Origin: a virus
IMG/VR virus record: IMGVR_UViG_3300040801_001812
Span: 509 to 64,508 of that record
Length of the DNA stretch: 64,000 nucleotides
Direction: 5' to 3' (one strand)
The stretch's first letter is position 1, and every line of letters starts with the position of its first letter. A model generated the notes under the pieces. The model saw nothing but the letters and a program-made list of their open reading frames with translations, was not told the DNA's origin and ran no database searches. Positions 27,039 to 36,693 of the stretch are shown here, in pieces. The position numbers and the translations under genes were made by a program.

Positions 27039-28165
27039 TCGTCGTCTCCCAGCATCTGGCGAACGAAGTCTTTGCCGAGCACGGTCAGCTCCCTCGCCCT
27101 GTCCTCGTTATCCACGTGCATATGCGCGTACGCCTCAATGGTGTCGTCGAGAGTCACTTGCCGGTCGTTCCCATCCTCATCCTCCAGATCACCGAGTACT
27201 TCCTCGACCCGGCTACGGAGCTGGCTATCAAGCGGGATAGGCTTGACCACCACGTTGGTGAGCTGGTCCTTAAGTTCTTGAATCTCCTTGGGATCTACGT
27301 CTGCGGGCAGGTCGATCCGGTAGTAGTCGGTGTCCTTGTTACCGGGGATACCATCAGGCGGAACGTCCCAATCTAGAATCTCGAAACGCGGAGCCACAGA
27401 GCGGGGAGTTTCGTGGAACGACTCCTCGTAGTAGCCGTGCTCATCGAAGTCGATGATCGTAACGCCTGGGGTGTAGGTCGCCTCACCAAAATCGTGTTGC
27501 AGGGGCGCACCGATGTAGGTGATGTCCGCTCCCTTTATCTCTTGGCGCTTGTGGTAGTGCCCGGAGAAGACCGTGATGCCGTCTGGGATATCCTCTGGTT
27601 TAATCCCTCCGGGCGGCTCGAACTCATGGGCACCATGGACGGCCCCCTGGAATGAGTGGTGCATCAGGAAGATCCTGTTGATCACCTCATCCGATACGCG
27701 ACGGTTCTTCATGTCACGTAGAATGGTATCGACAGGAACGCCATAGGAACACATCCAGAGAGCCGTGTGCTGTTTGATCCTGCGGTATCCCAACCCCTCC
27801 ACAAGAGAAAGGTTGGGACCGCCGAACCGCTGAGCCTCTCCACCCACAAACGGAACGATGGAATACTCGTTCCCGTCCATGTCGTGGTTGCCTGACAGGA
27901 CGCCCACGAACCGCTTACCGCCCATGAGGTCGATCAGCGCCAGCTCAATCTGACCAGCGATGGGGGGAGTCAGAGTGCCGTGGTAGTGGGTGATATCGCC
28001 CAAGATAAAGATCTGAGACACCTCCAACTCATCTGCCTTGGTGGCCCAGTACTGGAGGGTCTTCGTCACATACTCGCAACGGGAGTTCACGCCTGGGGTG
28101 TTCGTGGGCTTCCCAAATATCTTGTGATTGGCGAAGTGCGGATCCCCGATCAGCATGAGTTTCAT
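27035..28165 (-). CDS. sbcD: SbcD/Mre11/gp47-like metallophosphoesterase nuclease
   Basis: GDPH, LGDI.H, GNHD, HH, SGHYH motifs. Confidence 0.9.
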   Translation of the reverse strand: MKLMLIGDPHFANHKIFGKPTNTPGVNSRCEYVTKTLQYWATKADELEVSQIFILGDITHYHGTLTPPIAGQIELALIDLMGGKRFVGVLSGNHDMDGNEYSIVPFVGGEAQRFGGPNLSLVEGLGYRRIKQHTALWMCSYGVPVDTILRDMKNRRVSDEVINRIFLMHHSFQGAVHGAHEFEPPGGIKPEDIPDGITVFSGHYHKRQEIKGADITYIGAPLQHDFGEATYTPGVTIIDFDEHGYYEESFHETPRSVAPRFEILDWDVPPDGIPGNKDTDYYRIDLPADVDPKEIQELKDQLTNVVVKPIPLDSQLRSRVEEVLGDLEDEDGNDRQVTLDDTIEAYAHMHVDNEDRARELTVLGKDFVRQMLGDDE

Positions 28166-28177
28166 ATCGCGTCCTTT

Positions 28178-29269
28178 CTACTCGAAGAACTCCTCGATGG
28201 TAGCACGATCAATGTATCGCTCTTCGAGTTTCTTGATGAGTCGTTCGCGGTCAGGCTTATCCATCGCCTTAAATGCCGCAGGGAAGCCCTTCTGCTGGAA
28301 CGACTTGTCTGCACCCTCCATCTCGTAGTACGCGCCCTTCTGCGTAATCCACTCGATTTTCAGGAGGAGATCGAACAGAGACTTCCAACGGTCCCAGCCC
28401 GTATCGAAGATGAGAGGTACCACAGCCTTTTGGAACGGAGCAGCCAACCGGGACTTCTCCATCTCCATCGTGACCAGAAAGCCCTTACGGACAGTTCCGG
28501 TCTTCAACCATGAACCCTTCCCCCGGTAGAGAACCAGACGGCATCCAGCGTAGTATTTGATGGCGATGCCACCCGTGCTGGTCTGCTTCTCACCGAACAT
28601 CACGCCGATGTTAGTGCGGGTCTGGTTGATCATGACGACGTAACACTCGGACTTGGCGATGGCGTCCTTCAACTTTTTGATGTTGACGCTCCACGCCCGT
28701 GCGCCAGAGGCAACCTGGATCTCGCCATAGTCAGCCTCGTACTCAGCCTTGCTCGGTGAGGCAGCGATGCTATCCCACACGATAAGGACCTTGTCGCCCT
28801 TCTCTGGGTGCTTCTTGAGGTACTTCAAGGTGCTGTCGATAATCTGGCACCCACCCTCAATATGCTGAGGCTCAACCCAGACAACCTTGTCGGGGTTCAC
28901 CCCAAACTCACGGAGTCGTTGCTCTGTGAAACCATGCTCGGTGTCCATCAGGACAACCGTTCCTCCTCGGGACTGCATCTCAGCCATCAGGCGAGCCGCC
29001 AGCGATGACTTACCCATGCCCTCACCCTTGGAGAACAGCTCGGTGATACGGCCAGCGGGGATGCCCCCGCCCAACATATCATCGATGTTAGGGAGTCCCG
29101 TGGGCAGGAACTTGGGAACCGTCACGACCGAACCAGCGTCGGTCATTTTGCTCACGTGAGACTCATTAATGCCTTGTAGATGTCCGATGATATCTACGGT
29201 GAAATCAGTATCTTGGGAAGAAACGGGGGCAGTGTTACCTGCCCCCTTTCCCGACTTCGCACTAGCCAC
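28178..29269 (-). CDS. recA: RecA/UvsX recombinase
   Basis: PTGLPNIDDMLGGGIPAGRITE, GMGKSS, DTEHG, VWDSIAA, INQTR, GGIAIKYYA. Confidence 0.92.
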   Translation of the reverse strand: MASAKSGKGAGNTAPVSSQDTDFTVDIIGHLQGINESHVSKMTDAGSVVTVPKFLPTGLPNIDDMLGGGIPAGRITELFSKGEGMGKSSLAARLMAEMQSRGGTVVLMDTEHGFTEQRLREFGVNPDKVVWVEPQHIEGGCQIIDSTLKYLKKHPEKGDKVLIVWDSIAASPSKAEYEADYGEIQVASGARAWSVNIKKLKDAIAKSECYVVMINQTRTNIGVMFGEKQTSTGGIAIKYYAGCRLVLYRGKGSWLKTGTVRKGFLVTMEMEKSRLAAPFQKAVVPLIFDTGWDRWKSLFDLLLKIEWITQKGAYYEMEGADKSFQQKGFPAAFKAMDKPDRERLIKKLEERYIDRATIEEFFE

Positions 29270-29288
29270 GAAATCTTACCTCCTTGGC

Positions 29289-30308
29289 CTACTTCTTGAC
29301 GCGGGCCTTCCCACGCCGTTTCTTCTTCTCGACCACCGGGGCATCGTCGTCCTTGAGGGCCTCTTCGAGGTCATCAGTCAGACCGTCGTCGTCCGCGTCC
29401 TTCGCACGGTCGGCCTTAACCATGGCGGTAACGTCCACGATGTCGTCATCGTCGTCGTCATCCATCCACGAGTCATCGTCCTCATCATCGTCATCAGACG
29501 ACACCGTCGAGGTGTCTTCCTCGGTGTCGTCCTCATCGAAAGGGACATCGTCACCCACATCGTCGTCATCATCCGAAACTTCGAAATCGGTCTCGTCATC
29601 GAGCATGTCGTCCGACAGGAGATCGTCGTCATCAGCGGCATCGCCGAAATCATCAGCGACATAGCCCAGCCGGTCTTGGATGAGCTTGGTCAGCTCTTCC
29701 GCGCTCGGCACCTGAACAAGATCGAGGATCGGAGTCAGCTCGCCCAGCATGTCCTTGATGGCCTGAACTTTATCAAGCACCTTACGTGGCTTGGGAAGAG
29801 GCATGGCCGAGTAGGTCGTACTGAGACCCTGGCCGGTCTTGGTGACGCGGATATCCCGGCCCTTAACAGGATGGAGGATGTTCCCGAACGCCTCGGTATC
29901 AGCAACGATAGTACCGACAGCGGTGAACAGAGTGGAGGGGAGACGAACGACCTGAGGGCCTTTCTCCTCTTCCCCGCGCACGATGGCGCGGACAAGGAAC
30001 TGACGGCGAACAGAGACCTTCTGGGCCTCCTCGTTCATGCCGTTGGCGCGGAGTTCACTGACCATCTCACAGATGGGACAGTCGTCCTCGGCCCAATTGG
30101 TCTCGAAGGGGCAAAACACCGGACGCTTCTCCTCGACGTTGTAGTGGAACCCCACAGGGAGGAACCAGTCTTCAGAGTCGTCACCCGCCTTGGTAGCAGC
30201 GGGGAGGATCCGGATGTCGCACTTGCCATCAGGGAACTTGAACAGGGGAAGGAAGTTGGACTGTTGACGTTCACGGGTTCTACGCAGCGCTTCGGTGAGC
30301 TTACTCAT
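29289..30308 (-). CDS. single-stranded DNA-binding protein (gp32-like) with long acidic tail
   Basis: IRILPA...FHY...CP...CPICE...GRDIRVTKTGQGLSTTYS; D/E-rich C-terminus; next to recA. Confidence 0.75.
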   Translation of the reverse strand: MSKLTEALRRTRERQQSNFLPLFKFPDGKCDIRILPAATKAGDDSEDWFLPVGFHYNVEEKRPVFCPFETNWAEDDCPICEMVSELRANGMNEEAQKVSVRRQFLVRAIVRGEEEKGPQVVRLPSTLFTAVGTIVADTEAFGNILHPVKGRDIRVTKTGQGLSTTYSAMPLPKPRKVLDKVQAIKDMLGELTPILDLVQVPSAEELTKLIQDRLGYVADDFGDAADDDDLLSDDMLDDETDFEVSDDDDDVGDDVPFDEDDTEEDTSTVSSDDDDEDDDSWMDDDDDDDIVDVTAMVKADRAKDADDDGLTDDLEEALKDDDAPVVEKKKRRGKARVKK

Positions 30309-30387
30309 GGTACATTTCTCCTTGTACTGTTACGGGTTACTAATCGAGCTACAGGTTACGTGTTACTGATAGTTGTACAACGCCATC

Positions 30388-30416
30388 ACTATACCACAGG
30401 GGCTAAACCGTGTCTA
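30388..30416 (-). promoter_or_regulatory. sigma70-type promoter for the ssb/recA block
   Basis: TAGACA-N17-TATAGT with TGn extended -10. Confidence 0.65.
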
Positions 30417-30419
30417 CCC

Positions 30420-30890
30420 CTATTTCGATTCTTTCGAGGTGCTTTTCACCATAGAGCGGAGACGGGCTTCGAGTTCTGCTCGCTGAGCAGACCCGGAGGT
30501 GGCGAGGAGCGCGGATCGATCCTTGAAAGCCATCGCCATGGCCTTGAGGAACCCCACGTCGCGTTTCAACTTGTTGATTTTCAAAGATCCATTATGAATC
30601 TCGTCGTTCTGAGCGATCATGGACTTGATCGCTGTCTCGGTCACCTTCGTTCCCGTATCCACTGCCTGTGCGCGGATAGCAGTATCGACCTCGGCAGTGC
30701 GGCGCTCGTGCCTCACCTGCTCATCAGCCAACTCTTGCTCCTTCATAACCACGAGAGACGACCACCACGCGAGCTTGGACGCCTGCTCCCCGATCACGTC
30801 GAACACATGCTCGGGGTCGAAGTAGAGTTCGTCGTGGACATCGTACTTGACATCCATGGCCCCAACCTTCATTTTCACTTTCAGTCCCAT
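30420..30890 (-). CDS. UvsY-like recombination mediator
   Basis: helical 156 aa, TKVTETAIKSMI...KAMAMAFKDRSALL; synteny with ssb/recA. Confidence 0.55.
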   Translation of the reverse strand: MGLKVKMKVGAMDVKYDVHDELYFDPEHVFDVIGEQASKLAWWSSLVVMKEQELADEQVRHERRTAEVDTAIRAQAVDTGTKVTETAIKSMIAQNDEIHNGSLKINKLKRDVGFLKAMAMAFKDRSALLATSGSAQRAELEARLRSMVKSTSKESK

Positions 30891-30916
30891 TCTGACCTCC
30901 TGACCTTACCGTAGCA

Positions 30917-31174
30917 CTACTGAGAGAGCGCGTCAAGCAAATTGGGATGTTGTCGGTATTTTCGAAGGTATGCTGTCACCTTACCGACGTTCAGAGCGAG
31001 CAGCGGTGAAGTCCTCACACCCTCGAAATGGCCGTCTCGGATCTCCTCCGCGATATGACCCAGCTTACGCACCAGCTTCCGCTCCTCCTCGTGCTTCCGC
31101 CTGCGTGCAGCTCTCCGCTTATCCGCTCGAATAGTCTTCTGGGCCACGTTACGATGCTTGCGATGCTTCTTCAT
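30917..31174 (-). CDS. small basic protein
   Basis: K/R-rich N-terminus, RBS GGAGG. Confidence 0.45.
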   Translation of the reverse strand: MKKHRKHRNVAQKTIRADKRRAARRRKHEEERKLVRKLGHIAEEIRDGHFEGVRTSPLLALNVGKVTAYLRKYRQHPNLLDALSQ

Positions 31175-31229
31175 CTATCCTCCAGTGTGGGACGACCCGA
31201 TCTGGCGCTCATGCACGATCATAGTCTCC

Positions 31230-32717
31230 TCACATCACGTACTGTTCGTATTCGATCTCACCAGCAAGAACGACCTCCCGTGGCAATTCAACCATATCCT
31301 TGAAGTTAGCCCCGATATCAGCTCCCACGCTCAGAGGTACGGGCGACTCGTCGAGCAGCCACTCCAGTCCAGGCGGGCGCTCCATGAGCAGGGTAACCGC
31401 AGGAATAACCGTGTTGACCTCTGCGGGCGGCACGCTGAAGATGATCGAATCATGGATGGTACCCAGGATTTTGGTCTGGTATCTGTTCTCGTGTAGCCAC
31501 TGCCACACACGCGCAATCCCATAGAGAGTGATGTCAGCCGCTGCGCTCTGCACCGGAGTGTTCACCCCAATACGAGACTCACGGCCATCCTGTGAGGCAA
31601 AACCCTTCAACGTGATCGTGCGCCTGCGCCCGAATAGAGTCGTCACGCTGCCGGTCTGCTCGGCGTAGTCGATCATGTCCTCTCGCCATGCTGCGAACTG
31701 AGGGAAGGTGGCGAAGTAGTCCTCCATAAACTGCTCACCTTCCTCCTCTGTGAGACCAGCCTGTCGCGTGAGGCTAAGAAGGCCCATACCGAACATCAGG
31801 CCAAAAGTGAAGGTCTTCGCTGCGGACCTCTTGCTCTTGTACTCTCCGTACTTCGGATGGTCGGTGTCAGCCAGCGCCTCAGCCATGTCATCATAATCGA
31901 GCTTAAAGACTGACGCTGCGACCTGGGTGTGGAAGTCCCTACCCGACTTGAAGAACTCACCCATCTTTTCGTCTTTGGCATACATCCCCGCGACCCGGAC
32001 CTCAACCTGGCTCTGGTCAAGCTCGAACAAGATGTGCCCAGGAAGAGGAACGAACGACCGGCGAACGTCACTGCCAGCCAGACCAAGACCTCTCTTATCC
32101 TTGTCTCGCTTCGGGATCTGCTGAAGGTTGGGGTTCTTACAGGAGAGCCTGCCAGTTGCCGTGCCTCCCGACACACCAGCCGTATCCACGACCTTAGCCA
32201 AGAAGTAGCTCGGGTGGACGCAGCCAGTGTGGGGAGAGTAGAACTTCAACATCGGTTCCCCGAACGAACTCAGCATCTTCTGGAAGTTACGGAGCACGAG
32301 CAGGTCATCACAGAACTGCACGCCCTCGTCTGCGAAATGCTGTAAGGACTCTCGATCTGTGCTCGGGGCATCAGTGGTTTTAGAACGCTTAAATGGTTCC
32401 AACGACAGCCCTTTATCAGTCTGGATACCGAACAGGAACGCACCAAGCTGCTTCGTCGAGCCGAGGTTAAACGCCCCCTTACCCTCCAGCGGGATCTCGT
32501 GATGAGCCATGAAGTCCACCAGCTCGGGAGTTCCCATCAGCTTGTCCTTGTATTCGTTGAAGATACGCTCGGCGTCTGAGATGAAGACCCGGTGCTGCAT
32601 CGGATCAAAGGGGAAGCCGGTGTCCTCGATCTCGACAAAGGCGTTTACCAACACCCGTTGATAATCTGCGAGCCAACGAAGACTGCCCCCCTCTGCCGTT
32701 GTGTCAAAACCTATCAT
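31230..32717 (-). CDS. polA: family A DNA polymerase, polymerase domain only (split gene, C-terminal part)
   Basis: TATGRLSCKNPNLQQIP, motif A DQSQVEVR, DFH, motif B RSAAKTFTFGLMFG, NTPVQSAAAD, motif C HDSI. Confidence 0.92.
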   Translation of the reverse strand: MIGFDTTAEGGSLRWLADYQRVLVNAFVEIEDTGFPFDPMQHRVFISDAERIFNEYKDKLMGTPELVDFMAHHEIPLEGKGAFNLGSTKQLGAFLFGIQTDKGLSLEPFKRSKTTDAPSTDRESLQHFADEGVQFCDDLLVLRNFQKMLSSFGEPMLKFYSPHTGCVHPSYFLAKVVDTAGVSGGTATGRLSCKNPNLQQIPKRDKDKRGLGLAGSDVRRSFVPLPGHILFELDQSQVEVRVAGMYAKDEKMGEFFKSGRDFHTQVAASVFKLDYDDMAEALADTDHPKYGEYKSKRSAAKTFTFGLMFGMGLLSLTRQAGLTEEEGEQFMEDYFATFPQFAAWREDMIDYAEQTGSVTTLFGRRRTITLKGFASQDGRESRIGVNTPVQSAAADITLYGIARVWQWLHENRYQTKILGTIHDSIIFSVPPAEVNTVIPAVTLLMERPPGLEWLLDESPVPLSVGADIGANFKDMVELPREVVLAGEIEYEQYVM

Positions 32718-32732
32718 AGCCTACTCACCCTC

Positions 32733-32939
32733 TCACGCACAGTATAGCGGGATATCGATGAGCTTAGTCAGCAGAGCACATGCAGCAAGATTCTGGTCCT
32801 CTTCACTCTTACCGTGAGTGGCTAAGTAGGCTAGCACGTCTTCCCACAAATCATCCCTCTCAGCGTGTGCCGCCTCATAGTCTGTTTTTGCCAAAGACCT
32901 GATCCTGGCTATTCTATCGCCAATATCTTTAGGTGTCAT
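32733..32939 (-). CDS. small protein inserted between the two polA halves
   Basis: 68 aa, ATGA overlap with upstream gene; DYEAAHAERDDLW. Confidence 0.55.
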   Translation of the reverse strand: MTPKDIGDRIARIRSLAKTDYEAAHAERDDLWEDVLAYLATHGKSEEDQNLAACALLTKLIDIPLYCA

Positions 32940-34186
32940 GGGGCCTTAACCTCCTGCATAGCATCGCTGTGGAACGCCTCCCTGAACAGATGGCGCGTGA
33001 CCACGATGTCCAAACAGCCGTAGGTGGTGAGTAGCTCGGGTGGCGCGTCATACGTCCCGTGCTCCTCGAAGTAGTCGTCCATTTTCTTCTCGTACCCGCC
33101 CAAGTCAGTGATCTGGTAGGCGATCTCCTTCAACGACAGCGGGGACTCCCCATGGATGTTCGCCCACAGCATCATAGTGTCTCGGTCGAGCATACATTTG
33201 TCAACCCCAATTCTCCTAAGTCCTTTGAGGTCATACTTTCCGTTATGCGCGACGATCTTGAAGTACCGAGGGTGGAGCAGCTCGTTGAGCATATCCCGCA
33301 TCTTACCCAGCCAGTTTGGGTCCGATCCGCCTGACCAGTGCTCGGACTGAAGGGGAAGAAGGTAGACGGGGTTGGTGTCGTTGGGGCTATTGGGTCCGCT
33401 TCCTTCGAGATCAACGATACCGAACTGGATACAGTAGACCTTGAAGTCGGCAGTGTACATCTCATCGTCCAGGGAAGAAGCCTCGATGTCGATGGCGAGG
33501 TACTCACCCTTATGATCCCTGGTAAGCAGGCGTGCTACCTCCTTGAATTGGCGTGCGCTCTCGATCACGCGGAAGTCGAAGCGGTCCATCTTGGAGTCGT
33601 CCCAGTACGGCGAGCCTTCACTGGAGAAGACTGCCTTGGCACGACGGATGTCGGCTACCCAAGGATCCAACTTCGAGGGGGTGGATAGAACAGAGAAGGG
33701 GTGGTCTATTGCCATCACCTGCGCGGACCAGCCGTCTCCCTCGAACTCCTGCAACTTACCGTGCGTCTTAGCGATAGAGGCGTTGTTGCGGGTCACGGCG
33801 ATCTGGGCGTTCTTCCCGAGCACGATGATAAGACGGGGCTTAAAACGGTTCAGCTCCTCCATCAAGTACCGGTCGGCGCACGTTTTCATGTCCTTCACCT
33901 TGATTTTGCCAGCCGGGTAGCACTTCACGGCGTTGGTAGCGAAAACGTCTCCGGTATTTCCGACAGAGAAACCCGCGTCCTTAAGAGCTTCGATCACCAG
34001 CCTCCCCTGCTCATCAGCGAAGGAGAAGCCTCGCGGTGCCTCATCACGCGAGGGAGCGTCACCCACTATGACAACTCCCCCAGTTTTGTTCAGGTTGCCC
34101 CGACCCGAGATGCAGGTCACACCGTCCGTCTCGTGCAGTGGGCAGAGCGAGCAAGACCTGTTGTAGATTCCCTTCAGAAGACTCAT
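32936..34186 (-). CDS. family-4 UDG-like domain fused to PolA 3'-5' exonuclease (split polA, N-terminal part)
   Basis: CSLCPL, GDAPS, TNAVKCYP, C, HPF (UDG4 Fe-S pattern); Exo I DIE, Exo II HNGKYD, DT, Exo III YGCLD. Confidence 0.85.
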   Translation of the reverse strand: MSLLKGIYNRSCSLCPLHETDGVTCISGRGNLNKTGGVVIVGDAPSRDEAPRGFSFADEQGRLVIEALKDAGFSVGNTGDVFATNAVKCYPAGKIKVKDMKTCADRYLMEELNRFKPRLIIVLGKNAQIAVTRNNASIAKTHGKLQEFEGDGWSAQVMAIDHPFSVLSTPSKLDPWVADIRRAKAVFSSEGSPYWDDSKMDRFDFRVIESARQFKEVARLLTRDHKGEYLAIDIEASSLDDEMYTADFKVYCIQFGIVDLEGSGPNSPNDTNPVYLLPLQSEHWSGGSDPNWLGKMRDMLNELLHPRYFKIVAHNGKYDLKGLRRIGVDKCMLDRDTMMLWANIHGESPLSLKEIAYQITDLGGYEKKMDDYFEEHGTYDAPPELLTTYGCLDIVVTRHLFREAFHSDAMQEVKAP

Positions 34187-34207
34187 GAAACTAAGATATC
34201 ATCAGGG

Positions 34208-34528
34208 TTAGTCATTGTCAACGTCATCCCGCCAGTACTCGTCGTACTCGGCTTCAGACATCCGCTTGGGCTTCGTGAAGTCGTGACCGCACTCCGAACA
34301 GGTGAGCGGGGGATCCTTGGGGTAGAACCCCTCGGTGCAGCTCCAATCGACCATGGCACAGAACCCAAGGGGTTCGCCCTCATCATCCCAGTCCTCGACC
34401 TCGATAAGGGCTTCGATGGTGGCCCGAATGACGATGGCCTCACTGTTGCACTCAGGACAGACCCACATGGGGTCTGTGACCGCAAGCCGATACCGACCAC
34501 CACCGTAATGGAACGCCGGGGAACTCAC
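34208..34528 (-). CDS. zinc-ribbon protein (tandem paralog 1)
   Basis: WVCPECNS...TCSECGHDF. Confidence 0.55.
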   Translation of the reverse strand: MSSPAFHYGGGRYRLAVTDPMWVCPECNSEAIVIRATIEALIEVEDWDDEGEPLGFCAMVDWSCTEGFYPKDPPLTCSECGHDFTKPKRMSEAEYDEYWRDDVDND

Positions 34529-34827
34529 AGCATCATCTCCTCGTCGAAGTCGTGGAGATCGACGAACCCTTCGTCCTCTTCCTCGGGTTCCTCAACGATC
34601 TTAACCTCGGTGAACTGGTGCTCACAGTCTAAACACCGGAACAGATGTGACGCGTTAGCAGAGAAAACAGCAAAGTCCTCGTACGTAACGTCTCCCCAGC
34701 CCACGGGGTTCCCATCAGCGTCAAACGCCGTAACTGCCGCGTAGGAACTCAACATGAAATGTTGATCAATCATCTCAGAACCACACTCAGGGCACACAAA
34801 CGCGGGGTAGTTCTTGTACTCACCCAT
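34525..34827 (-). CDS. zinc-ribbon protein (tandem paralog 2)
   Basis: FVCPECGS...RCLDCEHQF. Confidence 0.55.
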   Translation of the reverse strand: MGEYKNYPAFVCPECGSEMIDQHFMLSSYAAVTAFDADGNPVGWGDVTYEDFAVFSANASHLFRCLDCEHQFTEVKIVEEPEEEDEGFVDLHDFDEEMML

Positions 34828-34828
34828 G

Positions 34829-35170
34829 TCACCGCTCCTCGTCGGTCGGGGGACCAAGCAACTCGGTGAGGTTATCCAGTTCGATAGCCTTGACCTCCTC
34901 CAACAGCTCCTCCACCGGCTTCGGCTCAAGGATGGCGTCGAGTTCTTCGTCGGTCATAACCAGCGGCTTTTTGAACTCAAAACCGCACTCCACACAGCAC
35001 AGGCGCAACGGCTTGACCTTGTAGTCTTCCCAAGAAACGTAAGATTCCCCAAACGCATTGGGTTCCAGGTTGTCATCAAAAGATGTCACATCAGTAGCAA
35101 CATCCACCTGTGCCAACTCTTGGATCCCATCAGCGTAGCAAGCAGGACACACGTAGTTCTTATTCGGCAT
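34829..35170 (-). CDS. zinc-ribbon protein (tandem paralog 3)
   Basis: YVCPACYA...CCVECGFEF. Confidence 0.55.
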   Translation of the reverse strand: MPNKNYVCPACYADGIQELAQVDVATDVTSFDDNLEPNAFGESYVSWEDYKVKPLRLCCVECGFEFKKPLVMTDEELDAILEPKPVEELLEEVKAIELDNLTELLGPPTDEER

Positions 35171-35171
35171 G

Positions 35172-35390
35172 TTAGTCCTTCCCTTTGAGGATCCGATCCA
35201 GTTCTTCGATAGCCTCATGATGAGGGGATAAAGCCCCCTTGGGGGGCTTCACAGCGGCGTACAGCTCCTGTTGGGTTTTCGCGACCCGCAACCCTGCTCG
35301 CATGATGTGAATGGTTGTCACGATGTCTTCAAGAGCATCCAACGCGTTCTCACGAGCCTCGTCGAGCTTCTTCGCGCTGACCTTCGGCAT
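35172..35390 (-). CDS. small helical protein
   Basis: ORF track, RBS GGAGG. Confidence 0.5.
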   Translation of the reverse strand: MPKVSAKKLDEARENALDALEDIVTTIHIMRAGLRVAKTQQELYAAVKPPKGALSPHHEAIEELDRILKGKD

Positions 35391-35890
35391 CAGTCCAATG
35401 CCTCCTTTATCTTCTTCGTGACCTTGGCTGAGACATCCAGATCCTCATCAGTGACACCCGAGGTATCCAGAGCCTTCTCCTTCCGAGTCTTGGGCTTCGG
35501 GGGTGCCTTCTTCTTCGGAGGTGCCTTCGTGGTCTTCATCTGCAAGGATGGCGTAGCCTTCTTGCTCTTACTGCGCTTCTTCTTACGGCTGAACACCGTG
35601 TCCCAAAACGCCATCGGTTGACCTTTCATGTCCTTGACTCCGTTGACGCACACCCACCGGAGAGGGCAGGTGAGTTCCACACCCTCGACCTCGAAGGTGA
35701 TATCCTTGTCCGTAAACTCGGGCCAGTTAGACTGCGCCCATTCCCACAACTCCGCGCCCATGTTGGCCTTGTTCGTGTACTCACCCGTCACAGTGAAATC
35801 ACGGTAGATCTTGAACTCCCCGTGAGACTGACCGGGGCCTTTGAGGTACACGGAACAGATGGCCTCCACGATGAACTTCTTCTTAGCCAT
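35390..35890 (-). CDS. hypothetical protein with Lys-rich tail
   Basis: ORF track, RBS GGAGG. Confidence 0.55.
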   Translation of the reverse strand: MAKKKFIVEAICSVYLKGPGQSHGEFKIYRDFTVTGEYTNKANMGAELWEWAQSNWPEFTDKDITFEVEGVELTCPLRWVCVNGVKDMKGQPMAFWDTVFSRKKKRSKSKKATPSLQMKTTKAPPKKKAPPKPKTRKEKALDTSGVTDEDLDVSAKVTKKIKEALD

Positions 35891-35902
35891 CGAACCTCCT
35901 GA

Positions 35903-36217
35903 CTACTCTAGTTGCGCCTGCCGTGCCAGAGCGATAAGGGTTGCGAGGTTGATTCGGTTAACCAACATCTTTCCTTCCATGTCACGACGCCTCAAGATAA
36001 CTACCAGCTCTTGGAAGCCGCCGTCAAGTGCTCGTTCGTCGATATGCTCACCAAATGCGTTGTCGAGCTTGGTCCCAACTACCTCGGCCTCAACATCCTG
36101 CTCATCGGGTTCGTGCATGTCCAGCCTACACCCCTCCGTAATCCTACGCAAGTTGTCCAGGTGCAGGCGAAGGTAGCCGAGCACCCGAGCACCATGCTCC
36201 GACTCCTTAACCGGCAT
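35903..36217 (-). CDS. conserved phage protein
   Basis: CRLDMHEPDEQDV...GTKLDNAFG...INLATLIALAR. Confidence 0.55.
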   Translation of the reverse strand: MPVKESEHGARVLGYLRLHLDNLRRITEGCRLDMHEPDEQDVEAEVVGTKLDNAFGEHIDERALDGGFQELVVILRRRDMEGKMLVNRINLATLIALARQAQLE

Positions 36218-36392
36218 CGCGTTCCTCCGTGATCGGGTCGAAGAACTCCCAGTCTTCCTCGAAGAGAGACTGATCTTCCTCGTAGTTCTTGAGGTTCATC
36301 TCGTAGACCACCCGGCACAGGTCATCCACACTCATAGCATCAACCACGATCTGAGCGAGCAACTTGCGGTTCTCGGCGTTGTACTCAGGCAT
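36207..36392 (-). CDS. small acidic protein
   Basis: ORF track, RBS GGAGG. Confidence 0.45.
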   Translation of the reverse strand: MPEYNAENRKLLAQIVVDAMSVDDLCRVVYEMNLKNYEEDQSLFEEDWEFFDPITEERDAG

Positions 36393-36474
36393 CAGAGCCT
36401 CCCTAGTGCGCCTGCGAGATCCAGACAGTATTCCGTCTCTTGCTCAAGGTACTCGTCCGAAAACGGATCCTGTG

Positions 36475-36693
36475 TCACCAGAAGTTCCCATTCTCACGGT
36501 TGATCTGACGAACCCGTTCGTTGACCTCGGACTCGCCCTGCGTGATCATGTCGGTGCCGATGTAGAGGGTGAGATATTCGTCCTCATAACAGACGTGCAT
36601 CTCCTCGCCCTCCTCGGCGCTGTCGTTCCACAAAGCCACTTGGTCCAGCAGTTCGGGACTGATCTGTTCGGGGTAGCTCTCTTCGTAGATCAC
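36475..36693 (-). CDS. small acidic protein
   Basis: ORF track, RBS GGAG. Confidence 0.45.
   Translation of the reverse strand: MIYEESYPEQISPELLDQVALWNDSAEEGEEMHVCYEDEYLTLYIGTDMITQGESEVNERVRQINRENGNFW

Noticed and set aside
29169-30914. 581-aa plus-strand ORF
   Set aside because: Antisense shadow of ssb and uvsY-like genes caused by codon bias.
32718-32939. Group I intron or intein splitting polA
   Set aside because: The gap is only ~220 nt and filled by a coupled small ORF; the downstream half has its own start; no intein C/HN termini or intron core seen.
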